A stretch of 63,895 nucleotides of DNA, the filler included, from Octopus bimaculoides (taxonomy: Eukaryota), in NCBI RefSeq assembly GCF_001194135.2. It is 5 parts of 3 records of this genome, joined end to end, with 100 filler letters (N's around TTAATTAATTAA, not from the genome) between each part and the next. Parts side by side here need not be neighbours in the genome. Positions count along the whole stretch, not along the records: positions 1 to 29,244 come from NC_068981.1; positions 29,345 to 40,212 come from NC_068981.1; 3 more parts are not named here. The stretch is one strand, 5' to 3'. The notes beneath the pieces are model-generated. The model was not told where the DNA came from, did not search any database, and saw only the letters and a program-made list of their open reading frames with translations. Positions within the stretch are counted from its first letter, which is position 1. The number at the start of each line of letters is the position of its first letter. This document shows positions 24,540-38,559 of the stretch, one piece after another. Made by a program: the position numbers and the translations under genes.

Positions 24540-26390
24540 TCATTCAGTATCACTACTAGACCGTAAACGTGCCCGCTTCCTGTTGTTTTCCGGTGGCGCA
24601 AAATCTCTCTCATCAGTGGAAATATGTAATGGCGATATATCTTCATGCATATCTTGAATGAAATTAACATCTTGTGTTTCTTTTGTTTTACTGGTTTTGA
24701 ACGCGAATTCAGTTATCAGACGCTGTGATTTTGTTTTTGTTAGTTCTTTATATGATCCTTCATGATTTGTCCTAATCCTTTTCAAATCACGTTGGAATTG
24801 CACAGATCGTTCAACATTGTTATCATTTGTAAGACAATGATTTCCAATGGAGGCCTTCTAGAATTGTACTTGCAGATAGTGGAATCACTTCTTCATCGTT
24901 ACTACTATATACTAACATGGAATCATATACATTCTCTGAAATACTCTCTATGATTTGTTGTTCATGAGGAGTGTCGTCAATTGTTAATTCTTCAAAACCT
25001 TTTCCGCCAATCTGATGTGACAAAGTGATGATATCAGAATATAATTCATTCGTATTTATATTAGATACGAGATTTTGAGGCTGTACACATTCTGGCCAAC
25101 TTGATCTCCAGCATGCATTTAGATTGGATGACTTTAGTTTGGATAAAGCCAAGGCAGCATATTTAGCACAATTATAGTAAATTTTTGTTCATGATTGAAT
25201 GATTGGAAGTGTACTATCCTTTTCTAGTTCATCTATAATATATTCAAATGTTCGCCGGATATAATATGATTTGAATGTTGAAATTATATCCTAATCAAAC
25301 GGTTGAATCAGCGATGTTGTATTAAGTGGCAAGAATACGACTTTTACATTCGAGTGTTCCAAATTTGGATGCCCGGGTGCATTGTCTATAAGTAAAAGGA
25401 CTCTAAACTCAAGACCTTTATCTTCCATATATCTTCTTACTTCAGGAACGAAGCAGTTCTTAAACTATTCTGTAAATATTTCTGCTGTCATCCATGATTT
25501 TGTATTGGCTCACTAATGAACTGGTAATTTACTTAAGTTTACACCTTTCTTTGCACGTGAACGAACTGATTCATTAATTAATAACCGTTTTAAAAAATAA
25601 TCTCCCGAAGCGTTGCTACATAACAAAAAAATTACACGGTCTTTAACTGCCTTAAAATTAATAACACATTTCTCAGATTTTGCTATATATGTTCTGTTTT
25701 GAATTTTTTTTTTCCAAAACAGACCAGTTTCATCTGTGTTGAACACTTGGTCTGAAATGTAACCTCCTTCCTCAATTATTTTGGCTACTATTGGAAGAAA
25801 TTCTTCAGCAGCAGTCTTGTCTGCCGATGAAATTTCACCTCCCATTTTATAATATGCAATGCATATCTTTCAAGGAATTTTGTAAGCCATCCCGTACTTG
25901 CAGCAAATTCATTCTTCCTTTTATCACTAGACAGATGTAACACACTTGGTGACTCCAGATCATTAATCTTCGTGTAAAATCGTAACGCTATATGTTGTAT
26001 AGTTTTACTATCTACTGGCATCCTTTTTTTTCATTGTTTTCTATCCATATTGTTAACAATTTCTCCATTTTTTCCTTGAATGATGTCTCTTGCATTTGAC
26101 GACGACTTGGCAAACAAGTTTGTTCCAGAAGCTACAGATATTCTAATGGCCGCATCTTACTTTTGATTGTTCTTGTTGTAGCTTCGCTCAGTCAGGAAGC
26201 TCTACCCAAGGACGCTGCACTTTCGCCCTTACGAAGACGATCCAAAATATTGATCTTAATCTTCAAAGAAACTAATGTTTTATTTCCAATTTTTCTTAGA
26301 TGTATCAACCGACATTTTGGGGGTAGGTAGTCACAATCACGATCGCAAATATAAAATATAGCAGAGGATGAAGCACGCGACACGTCTTTC
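24540..26390 (-). mobile_element. Tigger/pogo-like DNA transposon remnant (CENP-B HTH plus DDE)
   Basis: SLKIKINILDRLRKGES, FAASTGWLTKFLERY, QVFNTDETGLFWKK, KAVKDRVIFLLCSNASG. Frameshifted. Confidence 0.88.
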
Positions 26391-26391
26391 A

Positions 26392-26905
26392 TATTAGACT
26401 CGATGCAAAAGATGGGCTACTGGGAGAGGCTAAAGGAGCTGAGTCTCTATTCCCCAGAGAGAAGACGAGAGAGATATGCAGTGATATATATTTGGAAGAT
26501 CTTGGAGGGTTTAGCTCCCAATTTTGGAATTGACAGCTATACCAATCCTCCAACTGGATAGCAGTGCATCATACCAAAGATCTTGTCTTTTCCATCTAAA
26601 ATAAGGACACAGTAGTGCAATAGACTTGGTTTCAAGAGATCGCAATTATTCAGCATCCTTCCAGGCAATATTAGAGATATACATGGTGTTGATGTGAAAG
26701 TTTTCAAGGAACGTATGGACAGGTTTCTATCTGAAATACCAGATGAACCCACATCGCAGCAGGAGAGGCAATGAAGAGTAGCTCCGCCCAACTCGCTATT
26801 TCAACAAAAACAATATCGGAAACAACACAGAATAACTACAGGTGGTGCACCAGCATGACCACAGACCTGGGCTGAAACAAGTAAAAGATAAAAGATAAAA
26901 GATAT
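26392..26905 (+). mobile_element. CR1/Jockey-like LINE 3' fragment, same family as 8820-11110
   Basis: Clear nucleotide homology to 10595-11110, including gggctactgggagaggct, VFKERMDRFLSEIPD and the (GATAAAA)n tail. Confidence 0.9.
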
Positions 26906-27143
26906 ATATATATGTATATATGTGCATATGTGCATATGTGTATATATGTATCTATATGTGTATATATACATATATTTTACTGTGTATATATGTGATATAT
27001 TAAATTTAATTTTATAATAAAAACTTGTGAATGTACCCATCTATGCATTTTTGCCCATAACTAATATATACATTCTCTAAACGTAAAGTAATGTATTGTA
27101 CTGCCAGTTGTTAAATGTGTATATATATATATATATATATATA

Positions 27144-27193
<50 letters not shown>

Positions 27194-28049
27194 NNNNNNN
27201 NNNNNNNNNNNNNNNNNNNNNNNNNNNNNNNNNNNNNNNNNNNNNNNNNNNNNNNNNNNNNNNNNNNNNNNNNNNNNNNNNNNNNNNNNNNNNNNNNNNN
27301 NNNNNNNNNNNNNNNNNNNNNNNNNNNNNNNNNNNNNNNNNNNNNNNNNNNNNNNNNNNNNNNNNNNNNNNNNNNNNNNNNNNNNNNNNNNNNNNNNNNN
27401 NNNNNNNNNNNNNNNNNNNNNNNNNNNNNNNNNNNNNNNNNNNNNNNNNNNNNNNNNNNNNNNNNNNNNNNNNNNNNNNNNNNNNNNNNNNNNNNNNNNN
27501 NNNNNNNNNNNNNNNNNNNNNNNNNNNNNNNNNNNNNNNNNNNNNNNNNNNNNNNNNNNNNNNNNNNNNNNNNNNNNNNNNNNNNNNNNNNNNNNNNNNN
27601 NNNNNNNNNNNNNNNNNNNNNNNNNNNNNNNNNNNNNNNNNNNNNNNNNNNNNNNNNNNNNNNNNNNNNNNNNNNNNNNNNNNNNNNNNNNNNNNNNNNN
27701 NNNNNNNNNNNNNNNNNNNNNNNNNNNNNNNNNNNNNNNNNNNNNNNNNNNNNNNNNNNNNNNNNNNNNNNNNNNNNATATATATATATATATATATAAT
27801 TATTTATGTACATATGTGTTACACGGGTATAGTTGTTCAATGTTAAAAGAGTGTTTCTTTTTACACTGTCATCTATTGAGTGCATATATGCACTATCGTA
27901 TGTTTCGAGGTATGATTACCTTTTTGTCTATAATTGTCGGTGTATACATTGTATATGTGCATATACGCTAATATATATGCATAATTGTTGTTTTACTTAC
28001 ACAAAATCGGGGTTGTTATTTTATATTTGATTATTTAGTTGTACCACTA

Positions 28050-28960
28050 TTTACATGCAAAGATCGTTATGTGTATAACTATATATGACACAAGAAAAAT
28101 TATTTTTGAGGTTCCATATCCATATATACATATATGCCAATATTTTAAATTTTTACCGATCTCCTAGTGGTTATAAACTAGACCATTTTTCCCCTTATTT
28201 ATCTTCTATTTTTTATTTATTATCTCCCCTACACCAATAATATTTACATTCTCTGAAATTAATCTCTAATCTTTTCGACATATTTTTTCTATGTACTATT
28301 CCAATGATGTTTCAAAATTTTAGCAGCGGATATTGTAAACAAAAATATCCCCTGATCTTCATATATTTATTTATTTTCCTTATAATTTTAAAACTTTTTT
28401 ATATAGTCGTATTAACCGCCTATTAATATCTAACTTTAACTACTGTCCGTAACTTACCTCCTATTTTCCTGACATATTTTTTACTTAAATTACTAATATA
28501 AAGTTTATATGCTACTAACCATTGACGAGAGCCCTAAACATCTTTTCGTATTGGTTATTATTGGTGAAATATAAATTTCATTCTCCCGTATTTAAAAATT
28601 CCGTACTTCTTTATTTGATTTTTCAACTCCAATTGCTTATTCCCTCCTATATGGAGGTTTTAACTAGCTTATTTACACTAATCTATAGAGAGAAAGTCAA
28701 TTATATTTCTATGTTATTTACCATCACCTGACCGTTACTCGTTAGTCGTGTTTTAAACAAACATGACTCCTAGAACAATTATTTTCAAGAAAGCTTTCGT
28801 AAAAACACAATACCCATGTAATTCCAAAGTCTTACTTTTTCTTTATTAAGTTTTTTTTTTCTTATTGTGCTACTGATGAGTACTCTTTGACAACTCAAAT
28901 TCTTAAAACGAATTAATCGTTTTTCTGTACGAAACGATCGTCTAACGAATTGAATAAATG
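28050..28960 (+). mobile_element. Highly decayed Penelope-like 3' end
   Basis: LIYREKVNYI...LVSRVLNKH weakly resembles the PLE terminal LCxxEK..ELVSxCRHK, followed by a hammerhead. Confidence 0.45.
28867..28947 (+). ncRNA. Type I hammerhead ribozyme with expanded stem II loop
   Basis: CUGAUGA (28873-28879), stem II GUAC/GUAC (28880-28883 / 28927-28930), GAAA, palindromic ACGAUCGU stem III, site GUC at 28942, stem I GCUA/UAAC with one mismatch. Confidence 0.75.
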
Positions 28961-29367
28961 TTTTAGAATATCATATTAAAATCTAATCTCCATTTATAAA
29001 AAAAATCTGATTGCATTTGTTGAACTTCGCTCTATAACTTAAATCATATACTTAATATACTTATATAACTTTTCATATCTATGTCAATTTACACGAGTAA
29101 ATACTAAACAATGTATGAAGAATCATCGGTAGAAATCTTTTGGAAACTACTTCAATTAAAGGACGAATCCACTTTCAACCGTTTAAAAAATATATATCTA
29201 TGTATATATATGCTAACTTACATTATATATATATATATATATATNNNNNNNNNNNNNNNNNNNNNNNNNNNNNNNNNNNNNNNNNNNNTTAATTAATTAA
29301 NNNNNNNNNNNNNNNNNNNNNNNNNNNNNNNNNNNNNNNNNNNNTATATATATATATATATATATGC

Positions 29368-29512
29368 CAGGCTTCTTTTAGTTTCCACCTACAAATCCAC
29401 TTACAAGGCTTTGTCTGGCCTGAGGCTATAGTAGAAAATACATGCTCAAGGGCCACACAATGGGACTGAGCCTGGATCCATGTGGTTGGGAAGCAAGCTC
29501 CTTACCACTGCC
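29368..29512 (-). mobile_element. SINE head fragment
   Basis: Homologous to 7950-8110. Confidence 0.8.
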
Positions 29513-30489
29513 TGATGATGATGATGATGATGATGGTATCATCATCATTTTAACATCTATTCCATTCTTATATGGGCTGGATGAAATTCATTAGGGCAGA
29601 TTTTCCGTGACTGAATGCCCTTCAAGCAATATGTGAAGGTAGTTATAGTAGCTGGAAGGCAGATAAAGACGGTGGTGTGGTGTGTGTGTGTGAAGATACA
29701 TATCATCATCATCATCATCACCATTGTATATATATTTCTATATATATATATATATATATATGCGAGTAAAAATAAATACAAAAAAAAGGGGGTTTTTGTA
29801 TGATTGTGTATAGAGGAATATATTATTTTGTTTAAAAGAGTTCCAACACTGTCTGTTTTTTATGTTTTATTTATATTCCTGCAAAACCAATGTGGGATAT
29901 AGAATATGGAATATACAATATATAATATAATATACAATATATAATATAAAATAAAAATGGATGGTACTATGAAATAAAATATTGAATGTCTTATTGAATA
30001 TATGGAATATGTCTTATTGAATAGATGAAATATTGAGTGTTCAATATAAAGGATTAAATATATATAAATAAATATATAAAGGCGAATATGTATTTTCTAT
30101 ACCTTGTGGTATTTCATATTTTCTATACCTTGTGGTATTTCATCATGGCCGATATGACAGACATGATCTTTGAGATAGTTTTTGTCTAGAAAATTTCACT
30201 TGCAAATTTTTTGATTGGACAAATTGTTTGAGACTAAAGGTGTCCAAGGTCTAAGATTCTGTGCAATGAGATCAAACCTAGGCCTACTAGTTGTGAATCA
30301 AGGGTAAAAACCAAGGTTTTAATTTCTGTTTTTTATAGTATAGATTAAAAGAGAAATTTAGAGAGAGAGGAGTGGGATGAGTGTTGTTGTAATTCAGTCT
30401 GAGGTCAACTCTGATTTAGCTGACTTATAATAAAAAGTATTCTAAATATGACCATTCCATCTTTTTTCAGCCATTACATGTACTCTATG

Positions 30490-30790
30490 AAAGTGTGTGG
30501 TGTAGTGAATAGGGTGTTGTACTCATGATTGTAAGATCAAGGTTTTGATTCCTGGGCTAGGTAGTGTGTTGTATTGTTGAACATCATCATCATCATCATC
30601 ATCGTTTAACGTCCGCTTTCCATGCTAGCATGGGTTGGACGATTTGACTGAGGACTGGTGAAACCGGATGGCAACACCAGGCTCCAAAACTCTTCATTTC
30701 ATGTCACTCCAGTCCACTCAGCTGCAAATGAGCAACTTTGCAACAGACTGGCGTCCCATTCAGGGAAGGTGATCACAGTCAGTTATATGT
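30490..30790 (+). mobile_element. tRNA-headed SINE with a nested (CAT)n-led repeat
   Basis: A box tggtgtagtg, B box ttttgattcc, body homologous to 63595-63825, interrupted at about 30580-30685. Confidence 0.75.
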
Positions 30791-31359
30791 CCATGGAAAC
30801 TGGGTAACCAGCTCTACGAGTCCTTGGACTTGAGGCAATACTTAGGTTTTCTTTTATGTGTACCCTCCACTACATTATCCAGAGTATTATATATATTCTG
30901 CTTTGCCACCCATTTTTTTTTTCTGTTTAGATGTTAAAGTGTTTGAGGATGTCTTAGCTACTGTTTTTAGCTAGCAGGTCAAGCAACCACATAGAAGCTT
31001 CCTCATTGGCTTTTAAATGAAATTTGTGCTGGTAATGAGTGAAGTACAAAAGTTTTACCATTCTGAATTTGATGTCACATAGTTCATATTTCACCAGCAG
31101 TAAGCAAGGCACGCACACATGCACACAGACAGACACACAGACACAGACACAGACACACACACAGAGACACAGACACAGACACACACACACAAGTAACCAG
31201 ACAGCTCACATAGCTGGACTGAAAATACTATCAAGGTTACAGTAATCAGAAAGCAATAGTTGACAGTTTGCCAATTGTAATTGGTTTACTTAGTAAAATC
31301 TAGCTAGTAGCATACATATACACATACCAGCTGTATGGATGAGACCCTCTATTAGAATA

Positions 31360-31800
31360 GCACTTCTCACAAAACTGTCATCTCACATTAGAAACAGTCC
31401 CCCCCCCCTGCCACCACCACCACCACCACCACTTTAACACCTATGTAAACATAGGCTAATATGAGCCACTGAGAGAGCTTGTGTAACAACTAACTGACCT
31501 GTCAAAAGTAGCAGCTAAATCTTCTTCAAATCAATGGGAGACATTCTCAAACTGCTTGTCATCTCACATTTTAAAACTAGAAAACACCCCTTCCCTTCCA
31601 AACACGGCAACACCTATATAAATTTAGACCAATATAAGCCATCGAGAGAGTCTCTGTGGGACTAACTGACCTGCTAAAAATAGCAGCCAAATCTCATTCA
31701 TATCACTTCTCAGTGTCATAAAAAAGGGGAGACATTCTCAAAATTTTTGTCATCTCTCATTTTAAAACCAGAAATATCATCCCCTCCTTACACACAAAGA
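31360..31800 (+). repeat. Degenerate tandem array of ~185-bp units
   Basis: gtcatctc(a/t)catt recurs at about 31377, 31557 and 31749; ctaactgacctg..aaaa.tagcagc recurs twice. Confidence 0.65.
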
Positions 31801-31819
31801 CACATACCAAAACACCTCT

Positions 31820-32900
31820 TGTTTGTTTCAGTCACTGGACTGTGGGAATGTTAGGTTACCACCTTAGAGGGTTTAGTTGAACAATTAAACTCCAGTACTT
31901 TTTCGTTTAAATGTTTGGTACTTATTCAATCAGCCTCTTTTGCTAAAAATACTAAATCATGAGGACATAAATATACCAACATTGGTTGTCAAGTGGTGGT
32001 AATAAGATGAAGGGAAAAGGGTAAAGACCCCCCTCGTTCATGAATGACCATGGGATTGCACTAGAAAACCACTCTGCCAGGCACAAGTTTGGGCAAGGTT
32101 GTTTATGGAAGACCAGCAATCGCTCATGTATACCAGCCTCTCCTCTCCACACCACCAATGTTATCCAAGGGAAAAGCAAAGTCTGATACAGCTTGGCACT
32201 AGTGACATCGCAACTCCTTTCTACAGCTAGTTGAACTGGAGCAATATGAAAGAAAGTGTCTTGCTCAAGAACACAACACACAGCCCAGTCCAAGAATTGA
32301 ACTCATTTACCTTATGATTGTGAGCCAAATGCTCTAACCCCTAAGCCTGTTTCCTTTATGATAAGACAAATACAAGATACATTTATATGTATACATGATG
32401 GGCTGCCACATCTTTTCTACCAAATTCATTCACAAGGATTGGTCAACATGGGGTTGTTGTGGAAGACAACATTTGCCCAAGGTGCCATGAAGTGCGACTG
32501 AACCCAAAATTATATGGTTGTGAAGAGAGCTTTGTAACCACACAGCCATGCCTGTGACTTTTTATCTTTTACTTGTTTCCTTCTGTTGGGGAACAGCCTT
32601 GAAGAATTTTAGTTGAACAAATTGACCCCAGTACTTATTTTTTTGTAAAGCCTGGTACTTACTCTACTGGTCTGTTTTGCCAAACTGCAAGATTACGGAG
32701 ACATAAACACACCAACACCAGTTGTCAGGCAGTAAGGGTGGACAAATATAGACACATAGGCACACACACAGAGGCTTTTTTCAGTTTCTGTCTACCAAAT
32801 CTACTCACAAGGCATTGGCTGGCCCAAGGCTGTAGTAGAAGACACTTGCCCAAGGTGCTATGCAATGGGACTGAACCCTGAATCATGTGGCTGGGGAGCA
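31820..32900 (-). mobile_element. Cluster of decayed SINE copies
   Basis: Repeated homology to the 7705-8112 family (agtacttatt, ttgcccaaggtgc, gactgaacc). Confidence 0.75.
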
Positions 32901-34149
32901 AAATTCTTACCTCACATTCATATCTGTGCCTTCAATCAATATTTGACATGGAAACACCAAGATTGTTTTTTTCTTTTCTTACTTGTAAAATGGGATCATA
33001 TTTTAGAACACTGGATGGAAAATGATACATTTCAAAGCATATTTTCATTTCATTTCACTATTAGATGATTTACTCTCCAATATTAGATGAGAAATATTGA
33101 GTTGGTTATGGAATCTTCAATACTTCCTAGTTGGTTTCTTCTATTATTATCTTCTGCCACACATGAAAAACTATTTAAAGCACTCCATGAAGGAAACAGT
33201 CTGGAACGGATTCTGTAAATGTCATAAATAAATGCTTACTACTACTACTACCACTACTACTACTACTGAAGATAATTATAATAATTCTTTCAAATTTTGG
33301 TAGAAAGCCAGCAATTTTAAGGGGAGGGTGCTTTGTATTGCATTAGCTTCAAACTTAAGTGGTACTTAATTTTACTAACCCCAAAAGGATGAGAGGTAAA
33401 GTTGACCTTAATAGGATTTGAACTCAGAATGTAAAAGAGCCAGAAGAAATGTGACTAAGCATTTTGTCCCACATATTAATGATTCTGACAGCTTGCTACC
33501 TTAATTTGTTTCAAATTTTGGCATGAGGCTTGCAATGTTTTATGATGAAGGTGCTAAAGATGAAAAGACAAAATGATAGTAATAGTAGTAGTAGCAGCAG
33601 TAGTAGTAACTAGTAGTAGTAGTAGTAGTAACAAGTAGTGGCAGCAGCAGTAGTAGTAGTAGTAGTAGTAACTAGTAGCAGCAGCTGTAGTAGTAGTTGT
33701 TATTTTAGTTTCCACTCTTCTTTGCTTGCATGGCTCAGATGGAATTCACTGAAGTAGATTTTCTATGGCCAGATGCTTTCCCTGCTGTCAAGCAAGATGT
33801 TATTTTCCCATGTCTGGACGTGTCTTTGTGGAACATTAGAAATGAGGGACACTGCTTGTATGTCAGGGAGATTCGTTTACAACTATTTACTGCATGATAT
33901 CAAGGCAAGGAAAACACATCCATGCAAACTGAAAGAAGCCTGTTGTCTATAAATATATACATGAACACATACAGAATGGGCTTCTTTCATTTTCTATGTA
34001 TCAAACCCACCCAAGGCTTTGGTTGGTTTGGCTATGCAGTAAAAGACACTTGCCCAAAGTGCCACACAGTGAGACTGAACCTGAAACCACATAGTTGGGA
34101 AGTGAAGTTTTTAATGACAGAGACATGCTTAAGTACTTTTAATAAATCA

Positions 34150-35120
34150 TTATTAGATCTTTTTGCAAACAACTTGCAGATGTAAGTGCTACCAGTTGAA
34201 TACCTTGCATATTGGGTGTTAGCCAGCTTATGGAGTCATCAGGAGAGAATGTGTGCTGTTTTGGGGCCATCCTCTCGATGGCATCATTGTACATCGGCCC
34301 CCATCACTCACTGAAATGAAGCCCCAATTGCTAGATCATCTGATTATAAGGTTTTGCTCAGTATTCTTCTAGCCATTGCTCGTCATCTCTTTTTAATGAA
34401 ATCCAGTGGCTTGCCTTTTCCATTGTAGTCTGGATATCACTCATGGTGCTATTTGCTTTACGATGAGTTAGGCCTAGCAAGAACAACAGTCACTTCACAC
34501 TGTGTCCAACGAATCCTCAACATCTGACTTCAATTGGAAAATGCTCTGCTTTCCAGCCTGCATCTTTACATTCCTCAAGCAGGTTTTCATAAGGGTTGAT
34601 CTTTCAAGCCTGAGCAGCATCCAAGTTATCTTCACAAGGAACCGTTAATTCGACTAGATTTACCACTTTCTTTTTTTTCACACCATATGATAAAATCCAG
34701 TTTCTTCATAACTGGAACGGTAAAGAATTCTTGGCACCCTAGTAAATCTGCAGCTACCTCCCAACAGTCATTTCACTTTTCATCATGCACAGGAAGTTTC
34801 TTCATCTTCTCCAAATGGATCTGCTGTCCTGTGTGCATGAAGTTAATGGAATCTTTTGTTGGTTTCTTTAGTGCTTTATTTTTTTTTTTGTCACTGTTAA
34901 TGAGAGCAATTTGGTTCTTTATAGCATTGAAGATGACCTTAAAGACCGGATTGTGTCTTCATGTATATCTATTCAATGCCAGTGAACAGCTGGAAAGAAT
35001 ATTCTTCAGTGTTCCGACTCCTCTGCGTCTGCATTTATCATTCTCTGATAAGGTCCATCTTATTAGGTTTGTAGGCAATGACAAGACAGAATGCAGTAGA
35101 TGTTAAACATGGAATGCAAT
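34150..35120 (-). mobile_element. RLE-type (NeSL/CRE-like) LINE 3' fragment
   Basis: CCHC-like TLKNILSSCSLAL..RHNPV, then PDLIIW..VELTVPCEDN..GWKAEHFPIEV. Confidence 0.8.
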
Positions 35121-35484
35121 GATTGGATACAGCTGTTAGAAAACTAATGATCTGTCATGACTGACTGAACAGTCAGCTTGTTTTGGCAACAGTACTTTTT
35201 TGGTGCTACAGAAAGACATACAAAAAAATAACAAACTAATAGAAAGAGTGAAAAAGAGAGACATTACAATTTATTAATTGAACATAACTGACCTAAATAT
35301 CTTCTCTCCCTTCATAAACATAAAGAGAAATCTACTGAGACAGAGAGAGAGAGAGACACACACACACACAAGCACAAATACAGAGAGACACACTGAAATG
35401 TTTTATGTCAAATAAGTCAGCACTGAATCAACGACGCCCAAACGGCTGTGCCAAAATGACTCACGTCCTGTTAAACTATATATT

Positions 35485-35705
35485 GGTTTCAAATGTCGAC
35501 ACAATGCCAGTAATTTCGGGTGGATGGGGGTGGTAAGTCGATTACATCGACCCCAGTGCTCAACTGGTACTTATTTTATTGACCCTGAAAGAATGAAAAG
35601 CAAAGTCGACCTCAGCGGAATTTGAACTCAAAAATGTGGAGATGAATGAAATACCGCTACGCATTTTGCCTGGGTTGCTAACGATTCTGCCAGCTCGCTG
35701 CCTTA
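35485..35705 (-). mobile_element. SINE (gagctggcagaatcgttagc family)
   Basis: Near-complete reverse complement of the 39660-39875 type. Confidence 0.88.
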
Positions 35706-38559
35706 AAACGAACTATATATATTCTTTTAAACGTTTAACGCGCAAAAGACATGTATTGCTGCTGGATAGATAGTAGCTGTGTTAGAAGGGCTCTAAGGAC
35801 GTGGGTGTTTTATGAATGGACAAAGAGTATAAAGAGCCAGTGATCTATTAAGGAATTTGTATTATGAATAGACCACATGCTTAGATACTTTATAACAATG
35901 GGGATTGAAGAGTGAGCGAAAAATAGAATGAAAAAGCTTACACTGAAAAGTACGTGAATAACAACAAATTAGAATTAGCAAAAAAAGAGAAAAAGAATAG
36001 TTAGAAAAAATGGCTTTACTTGTTATTAATTATGGAATAGGAGAATTTGGCACAGGAAGGGGCAAAACAACAAAAATGCGATTATCAAATGTAAAATGGA
36101 AAACAATGGAAAATATAATAGCTAAAATATTTTGATACCGGTAAGTAATTTAAACTCTTAAAATTTGATGTCAGAGAAGGGTGGGGTTGTAAAGGTCGCA
36201 GGTACCACTTCTTCCACCAGATCCAGCAAGGAAAGTAAAGAAATGTGTCTCAACATGTCGCAGTCCAGTGACAGAAACATGTAAAAGATAAAAGGATACT
36301 AAGACCAAGCACGTTATTGTTGTTTAGCCCAGCTCAATCCTGATCCAGTAGACCTATGTCAAAGGTATTGCGGCCATGATATTATTTAGGACAACATTAT
36401 CCAATGTGAAGTCCTTCCCTTTTAAGATGACCTGAGGGAAATTTGGTTAGTACTCTAGCAGGTCGAGCAACGGCATTTGAACTCCCATATTGGTTTGTCC
36501 CGTTTTATCGATGTTTATAGCTAAATACTCCACTTTCACTTTTGCTTAACTGAAGAACATATTTCTCTCTTCAATAAAGGAAATAGCGCTATCAAGACTC
36601 AGTATTTAGAATTTCGATTCTTTGTAGAGAGTCAATAACCAATAAGGACTGAAGGATTTTAGGTACTACTAAAGCAACGCGGACCCGAACGCGCTGCTTT
36701 AGTAGTACCGGATTTTATTAATGATTACTTTAACGGCCGGCCACCAAAAAAAAATGTGTAATAGGTGTAAAAAATGTGTATTAAACGAATATGAGAACAA
36801 AAATTTACGCCAACAAACCGATTATAAAGAAATCTGGGGAAAAATTTTCCGAGGGAGTGGGGAGAGAAAGAAATTCATAAATTATTTTTTGGCTTGAGTG
36901 TAATGGAAAAAAGTTTAAAAACGAATTTTTAGATTCATTTATTTTTCGTTTGAATAATAGAAAAAGGTTTTAAAAAAGATCCCATGCATCATGGTGAGAG
37001 AAACAAATTCATAAATTCGGTATTGAATATGGTTTTACTATAGGAAAAAAGTTAATGGAGAGTTAGCTGTTGTTTTTAGCATATCTCAACCATCTGATAC
37101 CTTCCTTGTTTGTTTAATATTTTCGGTTATTTACTGTAAGTTCTCTCAGTCACCAATAAGCAGGTTAACAAGCCTAATGGGGGTAGAAAGAGCTGTGTTG
37201 AAAGTTTTACAATATAAGCCTAATGGCAGTAGGAAGAGCTGTATTGAATGTTTTACAGTATTGAAAATGCGCAAACGCACCGTTGGGGGCAAGAGAAGCT
37301 GTAGTGAATGTTTTACAAGTGTTATTGGTGAAAGACATCAAGAACCGGTATAATCTTCCGTGTCATCAGGAACATGGGTACAATCTTGCAGTCACCAAAA
37401 GAAACTTATGAAGTCCGTAGATTTGTAATGAAGTAATACGCTGCTTCTGCTCTCTTCTACTTCTCTACTAGAAACGTTTACTTTGGAATTTACTTCTATT
37501 GAGAAAAAAAAATCGTGTGCATGTTATTTTTAACGTAAGTTTTCTTATGACGGCTTCTCTTTTCTGCTTTATTACTTCATTAGAAATCTACGGATGCACA
37601 TACGCACATAATAGAGAAAAATGAAACAAATATGGACGACTTGCTCCGAAACACCACCGAGTGGGGAACGCTTCTCAAAAATAACCTGCAGTTGTTTCCT
37701 TCAAAATTCCTACATGCTCGAAATGTACATACATCAAGGTATATTTGTAGAAAATTTTACGAAAAAATATTCATTTTCCTGGAAGTTAAGAAGAATTTAA
37801 GTGGACTCTGTTGGAATTTCCGAAAATTGTCCCCCACCCCATTCCAAAACACTTTCACCGGAAATTTTTGTATATTCGGAATCTACATAATAAATACTAT
37901 ATGCATAGAAAATTTCATTAAAAAATATTCATTTTTCTGAAAGNNNNNNNNNNAAAAAATATTCATTTTTCTGAAAGTTATGACCTTCCAAAGTCGGGGG
38001 GGGGGTACAACTCTGTAGTTATGCCTTCATTTTACTATCTTGCTGCCAAGATTACTGGCTGTTGTTGGAATATCTCTAATATGTTCAGTGAACGAAACAT
38101 TCTATTGGGGAATGAAGCTAGATTGTCACCGTCCCGTGCTCGCTGCATCTACTACTATTGCTTAAATATAATCATACAAACTGAGCTATTTCTACACCGA
38201 TTACAACTTTAACCTGAGATAATCTTTGATTCTGAGCGTGTATTAATAGTTGCGGAAACAAATTACAATCTGATTATATCATGATACTGAAAGAAAAATA
38301 TTAAGAAAATCATACCATGTTTTGTGGGTGTTTGGTACTGACTCAGGATTGTCAGTTTGAATCCAGGTAAAAAAAAAAGGTCACGGTAATAAAGTCAGGG
38401 ATTTTGTCTGGGGGAGAGGGGTTGTCCGAGGGGGTTTTGTCCGGATCCCATAAATTAATTGTGACTTTTTTCCCTATGACTTTATTACCGGACACCATAA
38501 ATTAATTGTGACTTTATTACCGGTCACCATCAATTTAATGCTTCTCACCAGCGCAAAAA

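Noticed and set aside
27890-27935. Minus-strand AGGUA-AUCA-UACCU-CGAAAC
   Set aside because: No CUGANGA upstream; at best a decayed hammerhead.
29289-29300. TTAATTAATTAA islands inside N runs (also near 40257, 57394 and 62816)
   Set aside because: An identical 12-mer flanked by Ns with stops in all six frames is a scaffolding spacer, not biology.
38070-38105. CUAAUAU-GUUC-AGU-GAAC-GAAAC
   Set aside because: Three mismatches in the 7-nt catalytic core.
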